A stretch of DNA of 64,000 nt from Rhynchobatus australiae (taxonomy: Eukaryota), in the NCBI GenBank assembly GCA_034780895.1, contig JAUZTB010000064.1, forward strand, positions 26,885,074 through 26,949,073, in the 5' to 3' direction. The first letter of the stretch is position 1, and the number at the start of each line of letters is the position of its first letter. Below the pieces are notes generated by a model. The model was not told the origin of the DNA and did not search any database. It was given only the letters and a program-made list of their open reading frames with translations. The position numbers and the translations under genes are program-made. Shown in pieces: positions 13,001-23,530 of the stretch.

Positions 13001-14812
13001 TCTAAATTAAAAGCAGGGCTCATTGGATTAGTTAGATACTCCATTGGATTGAAACATTAAACAGACCCTTTCTCACAGTGACAAAAGTGTTTCAGCAAGT
13101 AGTCAAGCTCCTCTCAACTTGTGCTCTTCCAATTTTGATCACTTTCACGACTCCAGTTTTCACTGCTCCATCACTGATGACCAAGCCTTCAGCTGCTCAA
13201 CCTTAAGAACAGAATCGTCGCCCTATACTTCACTACCTCCCTCTTCTCCTTTAAAACCCAGCTCTGAATAAGTTCTTGGGTACCTCCTGCAATATCACCT
13301 AACATGGCTCAATGTCTGATTTTGTTTTCAAACATATCTAGGAAGTACTTTGAAACTTTTTGTGAAATAAATTATGCTCTACAAATACAACTGGACTCTG
13401 CCTCCATTTTTTTTTCACCCATGGTGCTCTGCCAACAGCCGATGTCTCTGCATGGACAATACAAATAAAAAAGCATGGCTTATGTTTGGTAGAACAGAAC
13501 TGAGGCAGAATTAATAATGCCACCAGAGGTGACAACAATACTTTGGTATATATTATGAAACTGTACAGAACAGTAAGCTATTTGACAGTGAACTATGCCA
13601 GTGGAGTGAATTCAGTTGTAACACAGAACAACTTAGGAATTATGTACATTTCTATGCTGCAAAATCTAACCCTGTCATTTGAAGCCGAAAAACTGAAATT
13701 CTTTAACAATGTTGTTGATGAACATTTGCCAGCAGTTCAATCAGGACTCATTATCTAAACTGTTTATCTTTTTTATTTGCACAACTTGTTATTTTTTTTT
13801 ACCTCTTTCAATGAGGTTGTGTAGCCTCAGTTTACAGCCTCCCATGAATCGCATTCCTAAATGATGATTGTAGAATGCTTGAGTGACTGTGTCACAAGTC
13901 CAGTGCAGCCTGTTCATGGTTATTGAGGGAATGTGCACAACCATAGACAACAGTAAGAGGATGGGAGTGCATACTAGCACAGAAAACTAAATCCGCAACC
14001 AGGCAAAAGCTGCTTCTTACACAATAATCATTTCTCTGAGTTTTCTGTAGATCCTGTAGAAACTTATCTGCAATAAATTTATCAGGACAATGTGTAAGAG
14101 TATAGGTCTCTGTTTAAACTCCTGTATCCTAAGGTATACCTGGTGTGATTCTAGAAGGCAGGTTTGAGTGCATGGTAAGATCAACATAGCCAGAGAATTT
14201 GTCCAGAGACTGGAAGTGGAAGAAAGCCATTCCTGATCACTATTCAACACAGTGTCCCGTTTGCAGGATAGGCTGGATGAAAAGAAAGCTCCCTAATACA
14301 CTATGGTTTGCAATTACATTACCGATGGATTAACTGCTCTGATTAAAGAAGAAATCTCATTTTAATAACATAACATGGCAATAGGTAAACAGAACATTTT
14401 AGGACATATTAATAAATAACTACCACATAAATGTACACACAGCTGGAAATGACGATTGCTAATCATACGTGCAGAAGATATAGACTAAGGGCATTGTTTA
14501 CAATGCAATAAAACAAAAGGGTATGGGGTGTGCAGCGAGAGAGAGATCCTCCCACCGTCTGGTTGGTAACATGTGTTTCCATTACTAGCCACCCACTGTT
14601 ACTTTACTGACAAGCATTTGGCTTCATCTTTATGACCTGCTTCAAGCATTAAAATTCTCAAATGTGGAAAAGATTACTCTCTTTCTCCCAGAATTCTTTT
14701 TTGAAGTTGATTCCTACCAACGGGATGGAAACCATCAACTAGCCCAAACTGGCTTTAAAGTGACCATGTGCAGATGCTTAGCTTTGCAATTAACTTAGCA
14801 TATTAGCTTCCA

Positions 14813-14964
14813 CAAAAAAAAATCCTGCAACTCTGATGAGGTATCCCTCTGCAAAAAAAGCCTACAACTCTGATGAGGTATCCCTCTCCAAAAAAATTCC
14901 TGCAACTCTGACGAGGTATCCCTCTCCAAAAAAATACTGCAACTCTGACAAGTTATCTCTCGCC
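14813..14964. repeat. Tandem minisatellite, about 37-38 bp unit x4
   Basis: Unit aaaaaaa(w)cctgcaactctgaYgaggtatccctctSc read directly from the sequence. The fourth copy is more diverged. Confidence 0.92.
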
Positions 14965-15344
14965 TTACTTGTTTTTTGTTCCAAAGAACAACTTGGACCA
15001 CCAATTATTTCCTCTACAAAGTAATATTAAATAAGTGCTTTGGCAACTACCTTTCATGATTACAAACAAGTGACATGGAGCAAATGCAACATTTTTTGGC
15101 AAACGATCTAAAGTGGTCAAAAGCATTTTCTTGTCAAATTCTTTCTGTCTTCTAAAGGGTTTGATTCATGCTGAAATATGATTCATAAAGTACCAGTGGC
15201 CCTACAACCAGGTTCACGCATGAGGGTGAAACATGAGTGTTAGCTGGCTGTTTGACTATGACAGGCATCTCATTCACTAGTTTAGCTATGTCCACATAAC
15301 TCCTATGCCTCATTCAATTTCCAACTGAGGTTAGAATTTGCCAT

Positions 15345-15662
15345 GAATAAAAAACACTATGATGCTGGAGGGAATCAGCAGGCCAGGTNNNNNNNNNNNN
15401 NNNNNNNNNNNNNNNNNNNNNNNNNNNNNNNNNNNNNNNNNNNNNNNNNNNNNNNNNNNNNNNNNNNNNNNNNNNNNNNNNNNNNNNNTATGATGCTGGA
15501 GGAAATCAGCAGGCCAGGTAGTGTCTGTGGAGAAAAGCGGGAGGTCCACATTTTGGGTCAGGACTGACTGCTTTTCTCCACAGATGCTGCCTGTCCTGCT
15601 GAGTTCCTCCAGCATCATCGTGTTTTTCATCTAGATTCTAGCATCTGCAGTCCTTTGTCTCT
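15345..15662. mobile_element. Penelope-derived foldback element with 14-bp TSD
   Basis: Inverted arms gatgctggaggaaatcagcaggccagg..gtggagaaaagc / gcttttctccacagatgctgcctgtcctgctgagttcctccagcatc. Flanked by ttagaatttgccat (15331-15344) and ttagaatttgtcat (15663-15676). Contains an N gap. Confidence 0.75.
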
Positions 15663-15679
15663 TTAGAATTTGTCATTTA

Positions 15680-15850
15680 GGAGCAGCAAACCAGGCTGTC
15701 TCGTCCTTGCCCAGTGCTGGAATTGAATGCAGTTTAGACCGAGATCAGCTAATTCAACGCAGACTGAAGATTGAACCTGAGTTTCTGTGGTTTGTGCGGC
15801 TTGGTACCAGACCACATACAGCACCATTTCCCAACACTATCACTACACCT
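15680..15850 (-). mobile_element. Old tRNA-derived SINE fragment
   Basis: Reverse complement contains caggttcaatcttc (B-box-like) and gaattagctgatctcgg. Confidence 0.4.
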
Positions 15851-15969
15851 TGCAGTTCATATTTACTATGTAGTTTTGCTTTTTTAATATCCACAGAATG
15901 GAGCATTTTCAGACTCTGTTGCTATTTTCATGTTTGCACAATGACAGCTGCCAATCACAATCAAAACAT

Positions 15970-16250
15970 TAAAAACTGCAACTGCTAGAAACTGAAATAA
16001 TAAAAAGAGAATGCTAGGGCTGCTCAGCACTCAATGACAAATGGTGGTGCTGCCAGCTCATATATTCCCTTTGTTCTCTCTCCACTCCTCCCTCTTCTCT
16101 GCAACTTAAAACATAACTTGTCCGCTAACTTTGCCTGTTCTGGAGAAAGGTATAGACCTGAAAAGTGGAATCTGTTCCTCTCTCCAAAGATGCTACCTGA
16201 CCTGCTGAGTGTTCTGTTTTATTTCAGATTTCCAGCATCTTCAATATTTT
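15970..16250. mobile_element. Older Penelope-like terminal-repeat fragment
   Basis: ctctgcaacttaaaac...gatgctacctgacctgctgagtg...ttcagatttccagcatc, with a short inverted copy upstream. Confidence 0.6.
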
Positions 16251-17239
16251 TACAGTGCCCCGTGCTGATGTTCAAAACTCGGCTCAGCAATATCTAGTTT
16301 GTTGAGGGCCTTAGTAGCCAGATTCTTGAAGTAGACAGATCATGGCATCAATCAGGAGGCAAAGCTGATTTTGCAGCAATGCCACCATTCTGGATCTTGA
16401 TGTTTAAGCCAATGCTTTCTCTTAACCTCTCACAACGGATTACAAGTTCAACAGTAAAGAGGACAACTCCTTTACGATATTTAAAGCTTCACTTACTAAG
16501 AGGTTAGTTGAGTTAGATGAACACTGTTAGATGTTGCTAGTTAAAATGTTTTTAAAAATTATTTTAAGGTGCAGAAGTCCACAGGGAATGATGTGGCAGG
16601 TGCTGTAAGATATTTTCCTGACTTCAAAGCTTCTATACAAACCAACTGCTACTAGATTTGGGTACAATAGTAGGCATTCCCCTTGGATTAGTTAGACTGG
16701 GGGAATGAATGTACGGCATGCAAAATAAACATGATAATCTGTCCAAGGGGACTACTTCACAGTTGGGAAGGATACAAGAAGACACCCAAATGACCTCATG
16801 GATACTCAGTAAATTCAGCAATATGGACTACACACTGGAAAATACAACTCCTATTCTATACTGATGTCAAAGCCATTGAAAAGTGGTTTTATGAAGTCTC
16901 TACTGCATTGGCTTCACTGGGATGCCTATCATAGATCAACCATCTTTTAAAATTACCAACAGGGCTTACATGTTAAGAACAATCACAGCCAAGGTACTGG
17001 AAAGTACATTTGGAATCCCAGAGTCAGAAGCTTCAGAGGTGGTAGGGGTGAGAGCATGTGGTAGTGAAAGAAGGGTTAGAAGCATTCATTGTAGAGAACA
17101 TCAGCATAAATGGACAGATTCCTGTATGGCTCACTGCTCCACTGTCTCCTAGGCATTTACTCCACAATCTTGCTGCAAGATGAAAGATAATAGCCAACAA
17201 AACAGGAGTGAGGAGCTTTTCATATTCATGCTTAAATGT

Positions 17240-17410
17240 CAATAGTGAAAAATAAAAACAGAAAATATTGGCAATGCACAGCACAATTTTGATGAAGGAT
17301 TTTTGACTAGAAACCTTAATTGTTTCTCCTTCCACAGTTGTTGCCTGACTCATTGAGCAGCTCTGACATATTTTGTTTCAATTTCACATTTCCAGCATCT
17401 GCATTTTTTT
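17240..17410. mobile_element. Older Penelope-like fragment with decayed hammerhead core
   Basis: caatt-TTGATGA-aggatttttgacta-GAAAC-ctt-aattg (17284-17322), followed by gcctgactcattgagc...tttccagcatctgca. Confidence 0.6.
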
Positions 17411-18291
17411 ATTTTCAATTGCACAGTAGACAGGTCAGCATTTGAACAAGAAATGGCAGGTTTATATTTGATAGAACTGTACAAGTTTGCAACATGGGAT
17501 GTGGCCATCTGTCTTCACTGTTTTTGAGCCAGTACTTCTGCTGGTGCAATCCAGAACTATTTCTGTGGATTCGCAAATACTCCCATAGTTCTGTATTTTC
17601 CTCTGTCAGATATATTTATCCACTTCTTTTGAAAGATAGAACTGTCACAGTCTCAACCTCAACTTTCCACTACATGTAAAAACTTCTCAAAACTTTTTCC
17701 TCACTATGTGACAGTTTTAAATAGATGGGCAATTAAGTTTGACTTGCTGCCAAAAGCAGAATAAAAGAATTGCCATTCATTCTAAGAAAAAGCCTTTCCC
17801 AATTTGATCTGCTTATTGATTGTGCACTATGTCACTATATGCATAACCCAAAATACTACTGACTAATCACTTTGTCTGGCCTTAGACTTATTTTTTTTTA
17901 TCAGATTATATGTTTAAACTGCCATTTATTAATCTTTCTTTCTTTTCTCACAAAATGCACTTGCTCTTATTAAACCATAGAACATTAACAGCAGCCATAC
18001 CCTAAACATTGTTATCATTACTCAAACCCTGTCCAAGCTGCTATATATTCTCAAAGAAACAATCTGATTGTTGGAAATATGTTTTCAAGTAAAATAATTC
18101 AAATTTTGAGCCTGAACCTTCCATAGAAAATTATGTAAGTATTTAGGAAAAAATAGAGGGAAAAGATAAGATTAATATGACTTCCAAGTCTATGTTTATT
18201 TACCAGAAATAAGAGCCAACATGTACATGCAATGTATTAGAGTTTGTAGACAGATCATTTTCAGGGCAGATGCCCATGTTTGGTGTCTTAC

Positions 18292-18495
18292 CATCAAAGA
18301 ATGTCTGTTGGTTGACAGCAAACCTGTCCCATATCCTGATCCTAAGCCACCCATCGGCCCATTGTGTGATGCTCCTATTAAATTCTGCAAGTCGCTATGG
18401 CTACTGGGCATGGCTGTTGACGGTCCCACAGCATGGTTCCGCAGGACATGTATGGCATCGTCCAATCTTTCCAGGCGGTCTTCAATCCGGGTTTG
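18292..18495 (-). CDS. TCF4: TCF4 internal coding exon (204 nt), AD2 helix: [68 protein letters not shown]
   Basis: tttttag|CAAACCCGG...TTGATG|gtaaga. Overlaps ORF 18196..18465. [24 protein letters not shown] and [13 protein letters not shown] are TCF4-type. Confidence 0.98.
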
Positions 18496-19004
18496 CTAAA
18501 AAAACAAATCTGTAATAAATATTCTCAGCCACTTCACAGATTGAGATTAATGCTCATTTTAAATCTTAATAATACTTTAAAATTGTCAAAAGTGGTCATA
18601 AATGTAGCATAATTAGTTAATTTTTATTATAGAAAAATATTTGCCTACAAATTTGACACATTGCCTTCTGCATTTTATATGGAAAAAATCAGATAAAATA
18701 ACTTCATGCATGCCTCATTTGTACTCATTTCCTGTTGAAGTTCTGCCCATCAGGAAATTGGACTAGACACCTCCGTGTGCAATTCACCCTAATGCCAGAG
18801 TCATTTCTCTGTCATTGTTTGCACCAGTCATAGCATCATCAGATTTCTTCGTTGCTTTCAAGGATTGGATATATTGGTTAATCCCTGAGATCTTTTTCCA
18901 TTCTCAAATAAACAAGGAGCAAACTGCATAGAAAGCAAGGAACAATACATGAATTAAAAGGTTCCCACTGGGACATCATTTTTATAAGCACCAATTCCCC
19001 CACA

Positions 19005-19905
19005 TTCATAAATGATTTGGACGAAAATGTAGATGGGCTGATTCAAAAGTTCGCAGACAACACAAAAATTAGCAGAGTTGTGGATATCAAAGGATTCAGC
19101 AAGATATGGATCAGTTGGAGATAGACCTTAATCTGGACAAGTATGAGGTGTTGCACTTTGCGAGGTCAAATATAAGAGAACAGTATACAGTAAATAGCAG
19201 GACCCTTAAGGTCATTGATGTACAGAGGGATCTGAGGGTGCAAGTCCATAGCTCCCTGAAAATGGCAACATAAGCAGAAAGACTGGTAAAGAAGGCCAAT
19301 GGTATACTTCCTTCATCAGTCAGGGTGCTGAATATAAAAATTGGGAAGCCATGTTGCAGCTGTATAAAAACTTTGGTTAGGCCACATTTGGAGTACTGTG
19401 TGCAGTTCTGGTCACCTCATTACAGGAAGGACGTGGAGGCTTTGGAGAGGGTGCAGAAGAGGTTCACGAGGATGCTGCCTGGATTAGAGAGTATCAACTG
19501 TAAGGATAGGTTGGACAAATTTGGATTGTTTTCTCTGGAGCATCAGGGGCTGAGTGATGATCTGAGTATGTAAAATTATGAGAGGCATAGATAAGGTAGA
19601 TGGTCAGTCCTTTTCCCCAAGGTGGAAATACCAGAGCTGGTAGCCTTAATCTGAGACGGGGTAAATTTAAAGGAGATTTACATGGCATTCTTTTTTAAAC
19701 ACAGAAAGTGGTAGGTACTGCCAGGGGAAGTAATGCAAGTAGACGTGACTGCAACATTTATGAGGCAGTTGGACAGACACATGAAAAGGCAGGGAACGGA
19801 GGGATATAGACTATGTACAAGCAGATGTGTAGATTAAATTGGCATCAAAGTTAACAGAGACATTGTGGTACGAAGGGTCTGTTCCTATGCTGTAATGTTC
19901 TATGT
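19005..19905 (+). mobile_element. CR1 LINE, 5'-truncated RT C-terminus plus 3' UTR
   Basis: aagttcgcagacaacacaaaa (FADD-like motif). ORF 19325..19573 KTLVRPHLEYCVQFWSPHYRKDVEALERVQKRFTRMLPGL is a CR1 hallmark. Confidence 0.92.
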
Positions 19906-20109
19906 TATTTGCTGAGCTCATCGTTATAAGCTGCATCAACTTTTATTGTAGCATTTCTGCACCATGCACTCATGCAAGATGCTGTGATCGGCAGATTTAT
20001 AATCCTATTTCTTATAACATCTTGGGGCCACTTGCAGAACAGGATGTGAGTATGCAACTGCACAGCATAGGTATGGGTCTTCATGAGGAGAATGGAGGAG
20101 TTTTTCACT

Positions 20110-20395
20110 TTGTAAACAGGCTATTCAGCCCATCACGTCCATACCAACCAGTGGGCACTCTTCCATTAATCCCATTTTCTAGCACTTGGCACATAGCCTA
20201 CTCTGCCTCGGCGATTCAAGTGCTCGTCTTGACACTTCTTAAATGCTGTCAGCAACTCTGCTTCCACCACTCTCTCAGGTCATGTATTCCAAGTACTCGC
20301 CACTCTCTGGATGGAAAAGATTCCCCTTCAGATCTCCTCTAAATTTCTTACCCCTCATTCTAAATCTACGTACTCTAGTTTAATCCACCTCTGAT
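20110..20395 (-). mobile_element. CR1 3' end fragment
   Basis: aacaggctattcagcccatc...cttcttaaatgctgtcagcaactctgcttccaccactctctcagg is the reverse complement of a CR1 3' end. Confidence 0.75.
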
Positions 20396-21042
20396 GTCTA
20401 GGGATGGTGTAATTTCAAGCTTGTTTTCAAGGTCTTTTCAGTTTGATTTCTTTTGTCTGCACATAGTTGCCCTGAAAAGTTTCCAGACAGTATTAATATT
20501 TTTAAAGATATTAGAATTAAGTCTAATGGGCTACTCTGTAGAAAAATACCTTTACTAACACTGCCAATCAGTGCACCAGCCAACCAATACAATCTGAAAA
20601 GCTACCCTCCAGCGCCAGTATGAAGCATTTTCAAATTTAGCCCGCGAATGAGGGATGCAAAGTGAAAGCCTCAGAACTACACTCTACTATGAACTTTTAT
20701 TGCTAATCTCAGCATTTAAAAATAATATTGTAAAACTTTCAAAAATGAAAATGCTTTCAGTACTCACAGTATTCTGAGATTTGGATCATGTTGAACTCAG
20801 CTGTTCCTCAGTTGTACTGCATTAAGCTAACATTTCAAAAATGTCACTATATTGCTCCTCAAATAGAGAACTTTCCAAGGATTTAACTTAATTTACAAAG
20901 GTATAAAACAGCAAAGCACAGATTTACTTCACCCAATGAAGCACCATGAAAAAGCTTTCCAAGACACTGCCAGATCAAGTGTGCAAATGGATCAGTGAGC
21001 CTAACTTTGCATTATTACAATGTTCTTTATTCTTAGACCTAC

Positions 21043-21119
21043 CAAAGAGTGAAGTGGGCCTTCATAATTAGGAGAGGATGGACCTTGGCCTCCATTTCTG
21101 GACCACACAGAGGTACCTG
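21043..21119 (-). CDS. TCF4: TCF4 internal coding exon (77 nt): (A)[25 protein letters not shown]
   Basis: cttttag|CAGGTACC...TCTTTG|gtaggt, after a 119-nt intron. Matches TCF4 [26 protein letters not shown]. Confidence 0.97.
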
Positions 21120-21238
21120 CTAAAAGTAGAGATTAGAATTAAAAATTTGGTATGCAAGGTCAAAACAAAAGGGAGGAAATAACCTAAAAGACCCACGCAT
21201 ACTGTTGTCCTGCCTGTATGGAGGATGGATTATTTTAC

Positions 21239-21317
21239 CTGTGAGAGTTGGCGGAGATCCAACAGGCGTTGATGGATTTGAAGGGAAACTGGTGTTGGTG
21301 TGGTCTGGTGAGTAGAT
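21239..21317 (-). CDS. TCF4: TCF4 internal coding exon (79 nt): [26 protein letters not shown]
   Basis: tttttag|ATCTACTCA...CTCACAG|gtaaaa. Conserved E-protein IYSPDH...[10 protein letters not shown] motif. Confidence 0.97.
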
Positions 21318-22542
21318 CTAAAAATAGAACCAGGAATTGTTTTATTAACAGAACACTTTAAATCTAATTATCACAGTGTACTTACAGAGGTATGCTATGG
21401 CAAAACAGGGAGGCTGTTCTTTCTGTACTGTAATGATTACCCATCATCAACGCTATATAAACTGTAGGTTCATTTATCCTACTGTTGAGTATTTTGCATT
21501 TGTTGCAAATTTACAGCTGTTTCGCAGTACGTTTCCCAAGTGTGAAAGATGCAAAGATACAAGTTTTTTTTAAAAACTCCCAGTGTGGGTACAAATTCTG
21601 AAAAATGGGTTTGATACGGATCACAAAATAAGCAACTTGCAATAAGTATGGTGGGAAGTGGGTGTGGGAAGCAGAAGGAAAGATCTCTTACTACCTTATG
21701 CACACCCATGCATGCATGCAAACACAGCGCTCAGTGAGGATACTTAAATATTGGTAGTTCCATTATCAGCTTGTTTTACACAAGACAGCACCATTTAAAA
21801 TTTGGTAACATGGACATATCTTCTGGTACTCATAAAACCAATCACAATTGCTGTTCTTTGTTCACATTCAGCATGTAAATCGACCTATTTTTTATTCATA
21901 TTTTGCTGGGAGATGCATGACAGCAAAATGGTGGATTTTAGCTGTTCCTTCTGCTTTGCCTCCGCCAGCTCCTCAAGCAGTTACAGACATGGAACAGTGG
22001 GACCCTATTAGCATGCATAGTAAACATATTTTTCCTGAACAGGTAAAGCAATTTTGTAAAGAACGGATCAAAGAGTGCAATGACATGACCAGTGCTATAC
22101 TTTCAGCATAGAATACATGCAGTAAAGACATCTGCCACACTACATGTTCAATTATCAGATGTTTTTAACATGAGCAAAGCATCATTAAATTTCTAAGACA
22201 TTATCTCATCATAGTGGCAATGTTAACATTGAGGAATCAATATTTAGGATATCATTGTGTAAAGAACACATCTCAATACACAGCCCCACAGTCTACTGAT
22301 GCTACTCCAAAGCCTCGTTAAGAAGATGCAATGCAATTGATAGGAAAATACATCAGAGTTATGACCTATGTATCACCATGCTGTGTAAAACCTGATAATA
22401 CAGAATTCTTCTGTGTCTACTTCGATTTGTTAGACTTAAGGGTAAAGCTCGGTGGTCCAAATTGAAACAGAAACAATTGGGGCAATCCCAGTTTTTTTTT
22501 TAGGTATGGCCCTTTGCACCCCATCAATGAGATTTCCAGATA

Positions 22543-23135
22543 CAGTAAAATCCTGATAATCCCCTATCCAACTACTCAGAAATTTGGATGCTCTGGCATC
22601 TGGCTCACCAGGTGGTGTTTCCAGCGTTCCCTTGCATTCACTGGGGCCCTAGTTCACATGCTCCCTTCCATTCAATGGGGCCATAGTTCCCACATTCCCT
22701 TCCACACACAGGGGCCCTGGTTCCTGCACTCCCTTCTGATTCACCGGGGTACTGTTCTCTGCCTGCTTTTCCATTCACTGGGGTCCTGGTTTCCATGTTC
22801 CATTTCGATTCACCCGGGCTTTGGTTCCCACACTCCCTTCCGATTCACTCAGGCCCCTTTCCCATGTTCTTTTCCAATTCACTGGGCCCCGGGTTCCCAG
22901 ACTCCCCTCTAATTCACCAGGATCCTATTGTCCAGGCTTCTTTCCAGTTCACTCTGCCCCAGTTCCCAAGCACCCAATCAATTTACTGGGTTCACAGGGA
23001 AATGTGTTAGAACACTGTGTAACATGTGATAAAAGTGAATTAAAACTCTGTTGAGATATGGATAGTAAGAATAATATCCAACTGCTAGTCTGGCATCATT
23101 AAAGTACAGTGTGCCAGATTATTGGAGTTCTACTG
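22543..23135. mobile_element. Tigger/pogo-like (Tc1/mariner) non-autonomous DNA transposon
   Basis: Left end TA|CAGTAAAATCCTGATAATC. Right end reverse complement CAGTAGAACTCCAATAATC. Imperfect TIRs, TA on the left, tta on the right. Confidence 0.6.
22617..23000. repeat. Degenerate minisatellite, about 32-33 bp unit x11-12
   Basis: Approximate consensus cccttccattcactggggccctggttcccacact. It explains the Pro/His/Ser-rich ORFs at 22514-23054. Confidence 0.85.
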
Positions 23136-23462
23136 TTAATGTAAAAACAGTATTCTGCCAAGGAGTTTCTGGAACTATCTTTAGAGAAGATTGTACCATT
23201 AAAAATTAAATACAAATCCCAGTCAGACAGCCAAGAAGTTTGGATTAAATCTGTTACACCCACAAGTAATTGTCTGTATGAATATCCCTGTTTGGTACGG
23301 TTCTATTAAATGTTTTGAAGGGTTTTGAGATTCCACTTTTATATCATTACACTGCATGGCTACTAGATATGTGCAAATTCTCCAAACCACTGGCAACCTT
23401 CCACATCTTCTGCCCCCAACCTCATGCCATCAACATAAGTGAGCAACATCCTCTCCACTTAC

Positions 23463-23530
23463 TGATGCAAGTGCTTTGCCCAGTGCATCACCAGTCTGCG
23501 AGCTGCCAGTTGACGCTCCTGCTCTGCTCA
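23463..23530 (-). CDS. TCF4: TCF4 internal coding exon (68 nt): (V)SRAGASTGSSQTGDALGKALAS
   Basis: tatcctag|TGAGCAGA...GCATCA|gtaagt. Contains the E-protein signature GSSQTGDALGKALAS. Confidence 0.97.

Noticed and set aside
14813-14964. CRISPR-like array
   Set aside because: Head-to-tail units with no unique spacers, eukaryotic context, and no cas genes.
1-18291. Next TCF4 exon (VGTHREDG...) and the bHLH exons
   Set aside because: Not found by eye on the minus strand. They probably lie beyond position 1, so no call is made.
18221-18515. Plus-strand ORFs overlapping TCF4 exons (also 30739..30981)
   Set aside because: These are antisense shadows of real coding exons, with no independent evidence.
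18788-18926. Acceptor-like ttccttgctttctatgcag with downstream AGG|gtgaat (136-nt pseudo-exon)
   Set aside because: In-phase stop after 21 codons, no homology, and such pseudo-exons are common in long introns.
22514-23054. Pro/His/Ser-rich ORFs
   Set aside because: They result from reading through the 33-bp minisatellite.
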